From assembly GCA_963823555.1 (NCBI GenBank), contig CAWGMA010000001.1, forward strand, positions 2,048,001 to 2,112,000: a stretch of DNA of 64,000 nt. Reading direction: 5' to 3'. The position numbers and the translations under genes are program-made. This document shows positions 20,308 through 30,913 of this stretch, piece after piece. The notes under the pieces were generated by a model that saw nothing but the letters and a program-made list of their open reading frames with translations, did no database searches and was not told the origin of the DNA. The stretch comes from Candidatus Eiseniibacteriota bacterium. GTDB lineage: Bacteria; Eisenbacteria; RBG-16-71-46; CAVPCR01. How positions within the stretch are numbered: position 1 is the first letter of the stretch; each line of letters begins with the position of its first letter.

Positions 20308-21876
20308 CTAGTCGCCCTCGCTGCCAAATCCCGAGAACATCGTCTGCAGCATGTCACCGTAGGCGAAGCCGTGATCGAGATCCTCCTTCGAGAGAAGCGA
20401 GTTCTGGTGGAGGCCCTCGAGCACGAGCTCCATCGCCACATAGACGTCGCCCTCGCTCGCTCCCGGCGGCAGGTGCTTCTCGGCGATCGCCTTCAAGCCG
20501 TTGACACGACCCAGATTCTCCCGATACTCGGGGCCCGACATCTCATCGGCGACATCGAGCTTGTTGCCCCGCGTGAACCAGGCGACGACATCGCGATACG
20601 GCGAGGACTCGTCCACGCCGTCGGGAGGCGCGGCGGCTGGCGGTGGAGCCTGCCCCGGGCGTTTCCTGGCGCGCCCCCGCGGCTTGTAGGCCTCGGGGAA
20701 ATAGCGTTTGAAGACCCTGGCCACGGCCTTGCCGGTGAGGAGACGGGCCACCTTGGTCAGCCCTTCCTGCTCGCCTTCGTACACGAGCTCGATCTTGCCG
20801 GTGAGCGCCGGCAATGCGGCATAGAGATCCGCCACGCGAGCCCATGTCTCCTTCTCGCCATGCCGCGCTGCTCGCCGCTCCATGTTCGAGATCACATTCT
20901 CGATGGCGCTGATCGATAGGCGGGCGGAGACACCCGAACTCTGGTCCACGTACTCCGACTCGCGCGCCTGGAAGGTGATCTCCTCGATCGCCTCCCGGAT
21001 GAACCGGGGCACGTGGAGCTTGACCCCGGACCCGCGCTCGACCCAGGCCTCCTGGGCGGTGATCTTGAGGGCATCATCGAGACCGAGCGGATAGTGCGTG
21101 ATGATCTGCGAGTCGATGCGGTCCTTGAGCGGAGTGATGATGTTGCCGCGGTTGGTGTAGTCCTCGGGGTTGGCCGAGTACACGATCACGATGTCGAGCG
21201 GAAACCGCACTGGAAAGCCGCGGATCTGCACGTCCTTCTCCTGCATGATGTTGAGGAGACCGACCTGGATGCGCGGCGCCAGATCCGGCAGCTCGTTGAG
21301 CGCGAAGATGCAGCGATTCGAGCGCGGGATGATCCCGAAGTGAATGGCCTCGGGGTCGGACAGGGAGAGGCGGCGCGAGGCCGCCTTGATCGGATCCACG
21401 TCACCGATCAGATCGGCCAAGGTGACGTCGGGGGTGGCGAGCTTCTCGCGGTAGCGCTCCTCCCGCCCGAGCCATTCGATCGGAGTCGAGTCCCCCCTCT
21501 CGGCCACGATGCGCCGGGCCTCGGCCGACAGCGGGCGCAGCGGATCGTCGTTGAGCGGAGCCCCGGCGATGACGGGGATCGCCTCATCGAGAAAACGGAT
21601 GAGGCTGCGGAGAATTCGCGTCTTCGCCTGACCTCGGAGCCCGAGCAGGATGAAGTCATGACGGGAGAGGATGGCGTTCTGAAGCTGCGGGAGGACGGTG
21701 CGCTCGTAGCCGATGATTCCGGGAAGGAACTCCTCCCCTGCTGCGATCATGCTGAGCGCGTTCTCGCGCATCTCTTCCTTGACGGTGCGCGGCCGGTATC
21801 CGCTCTGCTTCAGCTCACCCAGGGTCTTGGCTCGGCTCATGGCTTGCTTTCTATGGCTCGGAGTCTTGACGGCCAC
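20308..21876 (-). CDS. Magnesium-chelatase-like AAA+ ATPase
   Basis: Walker A-like GLRGQAKT, LNELPDL, ANPEDYTNRG, SGVSAR; start may be ATG 21840. Confidence 0.88.
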   Translation of the reverse strand: MAVKTPSHRKQAMSRAKTLGELKQSGYRPRTVKEEMRENALSMIAAGEEFLPGIIGYERTVLPQLQNAILSRHDFILLGLRGQAKTRILRSLIRFLDEAIPVIAGAPLNDDPLRPLSAEARRIVAERGDSTPIEWLGREERYREKLATPDVTLADLIGDVDPIKAASRRLSLSDPEAIHFGIIPRSNRCIFALNELPDLAPRIQVGLLNIMQEKDVQIRGFPVRFPLDIVIVYSANPEDYTNRGNIITPLKDRIDSQIITHYPLGLDDALKITAQEAWVERGSGVKLHVPRFIREAIEEITFQARESEYVDQSSGVSARLSISAIENVISNMERRAARHGEKETWARVADLYAALPALTGKIELVYEGEQEGLTKVARLLTGKAVARVFKRYFPEAYKPRGRARKRPGQAPPPAAAPPDGVDESSPYRDVVAWFTRGNKLDVADEMSGPEYRENLGRVNGLKAIAEKHLPPGASEGDVYVAMELVLEGLHQNSLLSKEDLDHGFAYGDMLQTMFSGFGSEGD

Positions 21877-21938
21877 TCACCACGTGCGACTGCACGCGTT
21901 CGGGCACCAGTCAACATGGTCGCGCTGCCGGCGGGCGA

Positions 21939-23165
21939 TCAGGCCGCCCAGAGGTGGCGGCCCAGGAGGAGGAGCCGCGGATCCGCCGTCACCAGGCTCT
22001 TTCCCAGGTCGAAGGCACGATCAGGGACTGCTTCGACCCCGCCGCGTTCCGCGACGATGCGGCCCAGGGCTCGTCCTATGCGATCGAGGTCACGGTCGGA
22101 GAGGCGCAGGAAAAGCGCTCGCGCCCGGGCGTAGAACGCCACCTCCGCCCCCCGTTCGGCCCGCCAGCGCGCCTCGTAGGCCGCGAGCCCGCGGGCACTC
22201 ACGTCCCCGCGGCCAATGGCCGCGGCCGCTGCCTCGGCGGCGAAAACCCCGGACTCCATCGCGATCGCGATTCCGGCCCCCGAGAGCGGTTCGGTCAGCC
22301 GCGCCGCGTCGCCGACGAGAAGAAGCCCGCCGGCAGCGAAGGGGCCTGGAGCCCTGGGAACCGGGATCGCACCGGCGGCATACCCCAGAACGCGGGCACC
22401 GGGAAGCGTCGTGGAGACGAAGCGGCGGAGAATGGCCGCTGGAGTCTCCGCACCGGTTCGGCTGGGGGTCACCGCCACGCCGACATTCCATCGGCCCCGC
22501 CCCTTGGGGAAACGCCAGGCATACCCGCCAGGCGCGACGCGGGTTCCCACCAGGAAGTCGGCGACTCGAGGCTGCACGTCCCATTCCGCCTCGGGGCCGG
22601 CAACGAGGAACTGCGCACAGGCATAGATCTCGTCACGTTCGAGAGGACGGCCCACCCCAGCCCGCGAGGCGAGGTTCGACTCGATGCCGTCGGCGGCGAC
22701 CACCACCTCGGCGCGCACGGTACGGGCCTGGCCCCGAAGCCGCACGATGACCCCCGTGACCCGCTCTCCCTCGCGCGTGAGATCGAGGACCGGCGACTCG
22801 ATCAGCACGTCGGCCCCGGCGGCCGCAGCCTCGGCGGCAAGATGTCGCTCGAACAGGGGGCGCTCGAGCACCATGCCGGCATCCGGGCGGGGCAGGACGA
22901 CCTTGGTGTCATCGGGAGTCACCAGCCGCCCGCCGTGTATGGGCGCCGAGATCCAGGCCGGATCCACCGCGGTCAACCGGTCGAAGCCCGCGCGGCGCAC
23001 CGCCTCGGCACAGGCCAGCGGCGTACCGATCTCACGCCGCCGCTCGAGGAGAAGCGTGGAGAGACCATGGCGGGCAGCCTCGCGCGCGGCGACCGAGCCA
23101 CCTGGCCCGGCACCGACCACGACGACATCGTAACGATGATCGGGAACGAGGTCTGGATGGAGCAA
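21939..23165 (-). CDS. Geranylgeranyl reductase family FAD oxidoreductase
   Basis: YDVVVVGAGPGG, AADGIES, PGGYAWRFPKG, LVGDAA...GAGI. Confidence 0.85.
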   Translation of the reverse strand: MLHPDLVPDHRYDVVVVGAGPGGSVAAREAARHGLSTLLLERRREIGTPLACAEAVRRAGFDRLTAVDPAWISAPIHGGRLVTPDDTKVVLPRPDAGMVLERPLFERHLAAEAAAAGADVLIESPVLDLTREGERVTGVIVRLRGQARTVRAEVVVAADGIESNLASRAGVGRPLERDEIYACAQFLVAGPEAEWDVQPRVADFLVGTRVAPGGYAWRFPKGRGRWNVGVAVTPSRTGAETPAAILRRFVSTTLPGARVLGYAAGAIPVPRAPGPFAAGGLLLVGDAARLTEPLSGAGIAIAMESGVFAAEAAAAAIGRGDVSARGLAAYEARWRAERGAEVAFYARARALFLRLSDRDLDRIGRALGRIVAERGGVEAVPDRAFDLGKSLVTADPRLLLLGRHLWAA

Positions 23166-23193
23166 AGCAGTCGACCTGCCTTCTGGCCGGGCT

Positions 23194-23727
23194 CTAGTCC
23201 GCGGACTTCACCTCCGGCAGGAGTTTCTCGACGGCCGTCACGAACACCTGTTTATCCTGATAACCGGTGTAGCGCGCCGCGATCTTGCCATCGGGGGTGA
23301 TGAGAAACGTGGTGGGAATGGCGGTGAACCCGCCGTAACTCCTGACCAGGCCATCGCTGCCCATGGCGGCGATGTAGTTGATCCCCATGTGATGGGCGAA
23401 GCGGCGGACATTTTCCTCGCGGTCACCCACCGCGACCCCGATGATCTGCAACCCGCGCGGCCCGTACTCCTGCTGCAGATCGATGAAGTGGGGGATCTCG
23501 AGGACGCACGGTTTGCACCAGGTGGCCCAGAAGTCGAGGATGACGATGCGTCCGCGGTGCTCCTTCAGGCGCACCGCGGAGCCGTCGAGAGCCGTGAGCG
23601 CAAAGTCCTCGGCCCGCGAACCGACCGCCCCCTTGGGACCCGAGCCGCCACAACCGACCAGGGCCACCAGGAGAAGGGTCAAGAGAGAACCTGCGGGCGA
23701 AGGGGCACGCACTCGCTGGTGCCGCAT
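23194..23727 (-). CDS. TlpA/ResA-family thiol:disulfide oxidoreductase lipoprotein
   Basis: Lipobox LVGC; DFWATWCKPC; IPTTFLI. Confidence 0.9.
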   Translation of the reverse strand: MRHQRVRAPSPAGSLLTLLLVALVGCGGSGPKGAVGSRAEDFALTALDGSAVRLKEHRGRIVILDFWATWCKPCVLEIPHFIDLQQEYGPRGLQIIGVAVGDREENVRRFAHHMGINYIAAMGSDGLVRSYGGFTAIPTTFLITPDGKIAARYTGYQDKQVFVTAVEKLLPEVKSAD

Positions 23728-23999
23728 CGGGGTCTCCTCCGGTCCTCGAGGGCCCGGGGGCCCCGGGCCTCAGCGGAAACAGGGAACTCGATCGCGCCAC
23801 GGGTCCGGATGGCCGGGCCCGGTCTCTGCGTCGGGTCGGAGCGGTCCCCGCAGGGGGGAATCGAGGCGAGGAGGGAACCCTGGACCCGGCCAGAGGTTTG
23901 GTATCATAGCCGGCTCGTGGGTCGCCTACAACCAGACCCATGCTGCTCCGCGCCGCCGGCGGAGCCGATCCACTATCCCCAAGATAAGGACCATCGCCG

Positions 24000-25943
24000 A
24001 TGCCGCCAGTCGCATCGACTCTCGCGAAGAGCACCGAAGCCAACGCCGAGCGTGGTGGCCGAGCATCCTCCTCCCGCGTCCATGGAGCCGAGGGGATCGC
24101 GCTCCTCGCAACCACCGCGATCCTCCTCGCCCTGGTCCCGAGCGGGATCCGCGCCGCCGAAGACCCGGCGGAGGAGGCGGATCCATTCGCCCCGCCGGCT
24201 GTCGTGCACGTGGCCGTCGATCAGCCGATCGCGGCAGTGCGTCCCGGGGGTCGAGTGCGAGCGGCGCTGCAAGTGACGATCGATCCGACCTGGCACATCA
24301 ATGCCAACCGGCCCTATGAGGACTTCCTCATTCCCACCGAGGTCCTGCTCGATGAGGGCGCACCCGCCGAGATCGCCGAGATCCGCTACCCGGAGCCCCA
24401 TGATGTCGAGCTCTCCTTCTCCGAGACGCCGATGGCCGTCTACGAGGGCGATCAGCAGATTGGAGTCGAGCTCTGGATCCCGGACGGCACCCCCGATGGC
24501 AAGATGACGGTCACCGGCATCTTCACATCGCAGGCCTGCAACGACCAGATGTGCATGCCGCCGGCGGATGCGCCGTTTGCGATCGATGTCGAGGTGAGCT
24601 CGACCGGAGAGGACGTGGTCGCCACGAGCGGTGCCAGCGATCTGTGGGCATCCGGCGCCGGTACGGCAAGTGCCGGACCGGCCACCCGCGCCGCCCCCGC
24701 GGCGACCGGCGAGTTCGACACCTCGCGCGGTCTCCTGGTCACCTTCCTCCTCGTCTTCCTCGGTGGCCTCGCCTTGAACCTCACACCTTGCATCTACCCG
24801 ATGATCCCGATCACGATCTCGATCTTCGGCGCTCAGGGTGGCGGCCCGCGGCGGGCGCTCAAGCTCGCCATCTTCTACGTCATCGGCATGGCGATCACGT
24901 ACTCGCTCCTCGGCACCATGGCTGCCTTGACCGGCAGCCTTCTCGGCAGCGCGCTCCAGAATCCGATCGTTCTCGTCTTCGTCGCGCTGGTCATGGTCGG
25001 ACTCGCGCTGTCGATGTTCGGCCTCTACGACATCGCGATTCCCGACAGCTTGAGTCGTCTCGCGAGCAGCAACCGCCAGGGCGCCATCGGCACGCTGTTG
25101 ATGGGCATGACGGTCGGCATCATCGCCGCGCCCTGCATCGGGCCGTTCGTGCTCGGCCTCCTCACCTATGTCGGCGCCACGGGCAGTCCGGCGCTCGGAT
25201 TCTCGCTCTTCTTCGTGCTCGCTCTCGGGCTGGGAGCGCCGTTCCTCGTCCTGGCCACCGCCTCCGGCAGCCTGTCGGCGCTGCCACGTTCCGGCAGCTG
25301 GATGATCTGGGTCAAGAAGATCTTCGGGTTCATCCTTCTTGGAATGGCGGTCTATTTCCTCACCCGCTCCGACCGTCTGATCCCCGAGAGCCTCTTCTTC
25401 CCGCTCTGCGCCGCGATCGCCGTCGCCGCCGCCCTCAAGCTCTGGATCTTCGATCACACGCGGACGCCGTGGGCGGCCTTCTCGCGGATCAAGATGATGA
25501 CCGGGATCCTGTGCTTGCTGGTGGCAGCCGGTCTCATGGTGGCTCCGCGGTTTCTCACCCCACCCGAGGGCATCGCCTGGACCGACTACGACGAGGAGGC
25601 GGTGATGGCCGCGGCGAGCGCCGGACGCCCGGTGATCATCGACTTCTCGGCCGCCTGGTGCATCCCCTGCAAGGAGCTCGATCACCTCACCTTCGCCGCG
25701 CCCCCGGTCGTGGAGCGCGCTCGCGATTTCGTGACGCTCAAGGCCGACCTCACCGATAGCCGGTCACCGGCGGTGAAGGCGCTCAAGGACCGCTACGGCG
25801 TCCGTGGCGTGCCGACGGTGGTCTTCCTCCTGCCTGACGGCAGCGAGATCGAGCACTTGCGCTTCACCGGCGTCATCTCTCCGGAGGAATTCCTCGAGAA
25901 GATGCAATACGCCCTCGATCAGAACGAATCGGGGGAGGCCTAG
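24000..25943 (+). CDS. dsbD: Protein-disulfide reductase DsbD
   Basis: WHINAN, QACNDQMC (alpha domain); LTPCIYPMIP and APCIGP (TM domain); DFSAAWCIPC and GVPT (thioredoxin domain). Confidence 0.9.
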   Translation: MPPVASTLAKSTEANAERGGRASSSRVHGAEGIALLATTAILLALVPSGIRAAEDPAEEADPFAPPAVVHVAVDQPIAAVRPGGRVRAALQVTIDPTWHINANRPYEDFLIPTEVLLDEGAPAEIAEIRYPEPHDVELSFSETPMAVYEGDQQIGVELWIPDGTPDGKMTVTGIFTSQACNDQMCMPPADAPFAIDVEVSSTGEDVVATSGASDLWASGAGTASAGPATRAAPAATGEFDTSRGLLVTFLLVFLGGLALNLTPCIYPMIPITISIFGAQGGGPRRALKLAIFYVIGMAITYSLLGTMAALTGSLLGSALQNPIVLVFVALVMVGLALSMFGLYDIAIPDSLSRLASSNRQGAIGTLLMGMTVGIIAAPCIGPFVLGLLTYVGATGSPALGFSLFFVLALGLGAPFLVLATASGSLSALPRSGSWMIWVKKIFGFILLGMAVYFLTRSDRLIPESLFFPLCAAIAVAAALKLWIFDHTRTPWAAFSRIKMMTGILCLLVAAGLMVAPRFLTPPEGIAWTDYDEEAVMAAASAGRPVIIDFSAAWCIPCKELDHLTFAAPPVVERARDFVTLKADLTDSRSPAVKALKDRYGVRGVPTVVFLLPDGSEIEHLRFTGVISPEEFLEKMQYALDQNESGEA

Positions 25944-25953
25944 GAAGAAGCTC

Positions 25954-28089
25954 GTGGAGCTCAGCGCAGGCAAGTACCTCCCGGTCCTTCGTGCGATGGC
26001 TCTAGCCGCTGCCATGCTCCCCGGGGCGCAGGCTGAAGCGCTCGGGGTGGAGTCTGACGCATCCCCCGACACGACGACCATGGCTGCGGCCAGCCCGGCA
26101 GGCACGGCTTCAGACTCCGCGCTGGCGGTGATCGCGCGGCTCGAATTCGGGCGCACCGCGAGCCTGGCCGATCTCGAGCCGCTCCTGGCCGACCCGTCGG
26201 CCGAGGTCCGCATCCGGGCTGCGCTCGCCATCGGGCGCCTGGCTCCGGCGGGGGCCGCGGCCCCACTCACCGCGACCCTTGGCGATCCCGAGCCTGCGGT
26301 GCGCTGGATGGGGGCCTTTGCCCTCGGCCAGACGGGGGATCGGGAAGCCCTCGCACCTCTCGTCACGGCCACCTCCGATGCCGAGCCCAAGGTAGCCGCT
26401 CAGGCCGCCGACGCGTTGTCGCGACTCCACGACCCGATAGCCGGAGCGACCCTTGCCCGCCTCCTGTCTGCTCCGGAGCCGCGAGTTCGGCGTGCCGCCG
26501 CGCTCGGGCTCTCGCGACTGGCGGATTCGACGTACGCCGGGGCCCTGGCTTCCGCCTTGAGGGTCGAGAGCGATGCGCAGGCGGTTGCCGGTCTCCTCGA
26601 GGCTCTCGAGAAGATGCCGCGCCAGACACCGGCTGCTCTTCTGGTACCTCAACTCGAGTCTTCGTCTCCTCTGGTGCGCGCTCCAGCGGCACGCACGCTG
26701 GGCAAGACGGGCGATCGCGCCAACGCCACCTCGCCTCTCGTCTCAACCCTCGCCGATCGCGAATGGCGCGTGCGCGTCCATTCGGCTCGCGCACTGGGTG
26801 AGCTTCGCGCTCGCGGCGCCGTGGAACCGCTGATCAAGCTCCTCAAGGACCCGGTTCATCACGTGCGCGAGTCGGCTGCGGTCGCCCTCGGCGAGATCGG
26901 GGACGAAGCGGCCACCGAGCCTCTCGTGCGTGCGAGCACGGATGATTCCCCGGGCGTGAGGCGAGCGGCCGTCACCGCCATCGGCGCCATCCTCGGTGCC
27001 CGCAGCCGAGCCACGCTCACGACGCGCATGGAGGACTCCACACCGCAGGTCTCCGCGGCCGCGCTGACCGCACTGGGCGGGGCCGCCGGGGCGGATGCCA
27101 TCCCGCGAGCGATCGAGCGCACCGATCCCGGGCAACCATCTCTGATGCGGCTGGCGGCGATCGGAGTACTCGCCGAGGCCGGACTCCCGGAGACCAATGC
27201 CATCCTGCGCGGTCTGGTGACCGATGAGGACTGGGTCATCGCCGCGACGGCGGCCGAGGCCCTGGCCGAGAACGGAGACCACGAGGCCGAGGATGTCCTC
27301 CTCGAGACGGCTGCCCGGAGCGCCGACTTCGAGGCGACCGAGGCCCGGCTCGCCGCCATGGGCGCGCTCGGCCGGATCGGCACCGAACGCGCGAGCGGGA
27401 TGCTCTTGCGGGCACTCTCCGACCCCGATCCCCGGGTGCGTACGGCCGCCGCCGAATGCACCGATTCGCTCGCCGCGCGCGGTGTTCGACTCGATCAGCG
27501 CCTGCGCTCTGCCGTCAGCGCGGAGCAGAAGCGACTCGCCGCCGGGGAACGCCGGCCGGCCGCACCCCTGGGTCCCACGCCGGCCGAGTTCCCACCGATC
27601 CCTCCACCCCGGGAACATGAGGCCCGCCTCATCACGCCGCACGGAAACATCATGATCACGCTCTTCACCGATGTCGCCCCGGTCGCGGTCGCCAACTTCG
27701 TGCGCCTGGCTCGGGGTGGGTTCTACGATCGCGGCGTCTTCCATCGGGTCGTACCGGACTTCGTGGTCCAGGGTGGTTGCCCGCGCCACGATGGCTACGG
27801 GGGGCCGGGTTACGCACTGCCCGCCGAGATCTCTCCCGAGGAGTACAGCGTGGGGACCTTGGGCATGGCCGACGCCGGACTCGACACCGCGGGGAGCCAG
27901 TTCTTCCTGACGCTCTCCCCCACGCCGCGCCTTGAAGGCCGTTACACCGCGTTCGGGCGCGTCACGGCGGGGCTCGCCGTGCTCGAGCAGATCCAGATCG
28001 GAGACTGGTTCCGGGTGGAGATCATGCCGCCTGACAGCGGAGCGCCCGCCGGCGAGGGCGCTAGCGAACGAGAGTCAGACGCGAGGTGA
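25954..28089 (+). CDS. Exported HEAT-repeat protein fused to cyclophilin-type peptidyl-prolyl isomerase
   Basis: Many HEAT/PBS repeats (LxDpxxxVRxxAAxALG), then FHRVVPDFVVQGG, AGSQFF, YTAFGRV; GTG start inferred. Confidence 0.85.
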   Translation: MELSAGKYLPVLRAMALAAAMLPGAQAEALGVESDASPDTTTMAAASPAGTASDSALAVIARLEFGRTASLADLEPLLADPSAEVRIRAALAIGRLAPAGAAAPLTATLGDPEPAVRWMGAFALGQTGDREALAPLVTATSDAEPKVAAQAADALSRLHDPIAGATLARLLSAPEPRVRRAAALGLSRLADSTYAGALASALRVESDAQAVAGLLEALEKMPRQTPAALLVPQLESSSPLVRAPAARTLGKTGDRANATSPLVSTLADREWRVRVHSARALGELRARGAVEPLIKLLKDPVHHVRESAAVALGEIGDEAATEPLVRASTDDSPGVRRAAVTAIGAILGARSRATLTTRMEDSTPQVSAAALTALGGAAGADAIPRAIERTDPGQPSLMRLAAIGVLAEAGLPETNAILRGLVTDEDWVIAATAAEALAENGDHEAEDVLLETAARSADFEATEARLAAMGALGRIGTERASGMLLRALSDPDPRVRTAAAECTDSLAARGVRLDQRLRSAVSAEQKRLAAGERRPAAPLGPTPAEFPPIPPPREHEARLITPHGNIMITLFTDVAPVAVANFVRLARGGFYDRGVFHRVVPDFVVQGGCPRHDGYGGPGYALPAEISPEEYSVGTLGMADAGLDTAGSQFFLTLSPTPRLEGRYTAFGRVTAGLAVLEQIQIGDWFRVEIMPPDSGAPAGEGASERESDAR

Positions 28090-30913
28090 CGACATCTCGT
28101 CCCGCGGCCAGGCGCAGAAAGTAGACGCCTGAAGCAACTTCCTGTCCCGAGGCGTCCCGGCCATCCCAGCGCAGGGCATGCCGCCCCGGCGCCAGGGACC
28201 CCGCCACGAGCGTGCGCACCCGCCGTCCCTGGACATCGATGATGTCGAGCTGCGCCGGCACCGCGCCCCCTTCCGCGCCCGGACCACCGGCGGCGATCGT
28301 GATCGGGATCGTGCCTGCCGCATGGAAGGGATTCGGCGATGCCGGCCCGATCGCCGCGCGCAGCGCCGGCGCCCCCTCCGGGCCCTGGCCGATGCCGGCA
28401 GCGGTCGTCTCGCCGGCAACGAGGGCGAAGAGGGTCCCGTCGGCGGTGGCGATGAGAAGCATGTTTCCGGATGCCGCGGGTGACGAGCGAATCGGAGCGC
28501 CCAGATCGGCGCTCCAGCGCAGGACCCCGCTGTTCACGTCCACGGCATAGAGACGGCCATCGTCGGCCCCGAAGTAGACCTCGTTGCCGGCGATGATCGG
28601 CGACGAAGTAACGGTCGAGATGGCGCTTGAATACGGCCGGGCGCTCGCGATCGGCGACCCCACCGCAAAGCTCCACACGGAGCGGCCGTCCGCCCGTGAG
28701 AAGGCCTCGACGGAGGCAAAGCCGGATCCGATCACGACGACCGAGTCGCCCACGGCAGGCGCTGAATTCGAATTGCCGACACCGTACGGCGCCGACCACA
28801 GCTCGGCGCCGCTTGGCACATCGAAGGCGCGAAGACGGTGGCTACCGAAGTTGTCGCCGGCGGCATAGAGTACGCCGTCGACCAGGGCCGGACTCCGATG
28901 GGTCTCCCGCTCATTCGCCGCGCGCGACCACAGCGTGTTACCGCTCGCTCGATCGAGAACGAAGAGTCCTGAATGGAGACCGAGCGCCACATGCGCCGCA
29001 TCGGCGGCCGGAGCCGAGTGGATCGTCGCCACCCAATCGGCACCGAGACGGCGCTCCCAGAGCAGGGTTCCGGTGGCGGCATCGAGCGCCGCGGTCACTG
29101 CCGGGCCACCGACGTAGACGACGCCGTCGGCAACCAGCGGCGAGGTGACATCGAAGCGATCGGCCGGATCGCCGAGCTGTGCCGTCCACTGGAGACCGCC
29201 GCTGGCGGCGTCCAGCGCCTCCACGGTACCGGTCGTGGTGATCAAGAAGACCCGTCCCCCGGCGACCGCAGGGGCGCCCTTGACCTCGGCCAGCGTGGGA
29301 TGGCGCCAGAGCTCGGCGCCGGACAGGAGGTCCAGGGCGACGAGACCGGGAGTCCCGGGATCGGTGGCTGCGCCATGGGCCATGAAGACCCGCCCGTCCG
29401 CGGTCACCGGGGACGCCAGTTCGCTGGGCCCGCCCAGATTCCGGGACCAGGCAACGTGGAGCGGCAGCTCCAGCGCGCCTCCGACCCGACCGCTGCCCCC
29501 CATGTCGCCGCGGAACTGCGCAAAGGGAGCTCCAGCCGCGCCATCGGGTCGCTCCACGTGCTCGAGGATGATCTCGCGCTCGCTCGTGGCGAGAACGCCG
29601 CCAGGACCGCTGAGCTCGACTTCGAGCCTGTAGGCACCCGGACCCGCGGCAGCCCCGTCCCAGGTCGCGGTGTAGCTCCACCCTCCGTCGTGCGTCAGGT
29701 CACCGCTCGCGACCACGCCGCCCGGACCGGTCGCGGTGAAGCGGGCGCTCAGATCGGATCCGTCCGTCGCGTAACCCATGGCGCGGATCGGGATCGGTCC
29801 GAGCGGATTCAGTCCGCTGGCGGGATCGACCAGGGTCATCCGCGGAGCGATCCCTCCGGTTCGCCGCTCCGCGCTCACCATGCCCGCATCGAGCGTCACG
29901 ACCCGGAAGCCGCGCGACGTGCGGTCGATCCCCGCCATGCGCAGGGTGCCTGTGTTGAGACTGATGATTCCATCGACGGTGGTGGACCGGTTGGCATGCC
30001 AGTGCCCGGAGAAGACAGCGTCCACTCCGAGACTGCGATAGTCATCGATCTCGCGCCGATCCGGCTGGTAATGGGTGAAGATGAGGATCTCCTGGCCGGT
30101 CGCAGCGGCGATGTCGTTTTCGAGCCAGAGCCGCTGCGGGAAGCTCCCGTCGAGCGAGGTAGAGAAGACATCGTTGTAGAGGATGAAGTGGTACGGGCCG
30201 CGGTCGAAGGAATAGCAGGTGGGCCCGATCAAGCTCTCGAAAGTGCGCACGAGCAGCGAATCGGAGTCGGCATCGTGATCGCCGAATCCGGCATGAACGG
30301 CCAGCGGGGGCGCAGCCAGGACCCCGGCGACATGGCCGAGTTGGACCGGAGTTCCGGCATTGACCAGATCGCCGGTGATGACCGCGAACGCCGGATCGGA
30401 GGCCAGACTCGAGATCTCGGCGAGAGCCGCGGAGAACTCCGCGGCAGTCACACCGTCATAGACGTGCGCATCGGAAGCATGAACGAAGCAGAAGCGGTCG
30501 CTATCGGACGCGGGATCCGCGACCAGGCCGAAGGCGGTCGAATCCACGGCGGCATCGCCGACCCGGTGATAGAAACCCCGCGTGGCGCGATATCCCCGGG
30601 GCACCGTGAGGAGAACGAAGCGTGAGACGTCACGCGTGACGGTGCACGAGAAGGTACCGTTGTCCGCACTCGTGAAGACATCGACCCCGTTCGACAACGT
30701 CACCCCACCGAGGCCCGGTTCCTCCGGATCCTGCTCTCCGTCCCCGTCCAGGTCGGCGAAGACGACGCCGGTGACGGCCACCTGGGGCACCTGAGCAGCG
30801 GCCGGGAAGGAAGTGAGGAGGGAGATCCCCAGGAGAGCGAGGAGGACGAGGCCCACGCAGCGGCGTTCGTGGCTTGAAGCGGTTCGCACTGGCAGCGTGC
30901 TCACATGCATCAC
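28061..30913 (-). CDS. Secreted calcineurin-like phosphoesterase plus PQQ-like beta-propeller plus FlgD-Ig/T9SS-type CTD
   Basis: Signal peptide; SDAH, ITGDL, FGDHD, SGHWH; propeller repeats 'ALDAxxGxxxW'; C-terminus SPNPF...WDGRDASGQEVASGVYF. Confidence 0.85.
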   Translation of the reverse strand: MMHVSTLPVRTASSHERRCVGLVLLALLGISLLTSFPAAAQVPQVAVTGVVFADLDGDGEQDPEEPGLGGVTLSNGVDVFTSADNGTFSCTVTRDVSRFVLLTVPRGYRATRGFYHRVGDAAVDSTAFGLVADPASDSDRFCFVHASDAHVYDGVTAAEFSAALAEISSLASDPAFAVITGDLVNAGTPVQLGHVAGVLAAPPLAVHAGFGDHDADSDSLLVRTFESLIGPTCYSFDRGPYHFILYNDVFSTSLDGSFPQRLWLENDIAAATGQEILIFTHYQPDRREIDDYRSLGVDAVFSGHWHANRSTTVDGIISLNTGTLRMAGIDRTSRGFRVVTLDAGMVSAERRTGGIAPRMTLVDPASGLNPLGPIPIRAMGYATDGSDLSARFTATGPGGVVASGDLTHDGGWSYTATWDGAAAGPGAYRLEVELSGPGGVLATSEREIILEHVERPDGAAGAPFAQFRGDMGGSGRVGGALELPLHVAWSRNLGGPSELASPVTADGRVFMAHGAATDPGTPGLVALDLLSGAELWRHPTLAEVKGAPAVAGGRVFLITTTGTVEALDAASGGLQWTAQLGDPADRFDVTSPLVADGVVYVGGPAVTAALDAATGTLLWERRLGADWVATIHSAPAADAAHVALGLHSGLFVLDRASGNTLWSRAANERETHRSPALVDGVLYAAGDNFGSHRLRAFDVPSGAELWSAPYGVGNSNSAPAVGDSVVVIGSGFASVEAFSRADGRSVWSFAVGSPIASARPYSSAISTVTSSPIIAGNEVYFGADDGRLYAVDVNSGVLRWSADLGAPIRSSPAASGNMLLIATADGTLFALVAGETTAAGIGQGPEGAPALRAAIGPASPNPFHAAGTIPITIAAGGPGAEGGAVPAQLDIIDVQGRRVRTLVAGSLAPGRHALRWDGRDASGQEVASGVYFLRLAAGRDVVTSRLTLVR

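Noticed and set aside
20308..21876. Mg-chelatase and geranylgeranyl reductase as evidence of (bacterio)chlorophyll synthesis
   Set aside because: The ATPase is of the generic AAA+/VWA-paired type, and no bch/chl genes are present.
23750..23771. GGCCCGGGG/CCCCGGGCC palindrome upstream of tlpA
   Set aside because: It is single-copy and all GC, so no function can be supported.
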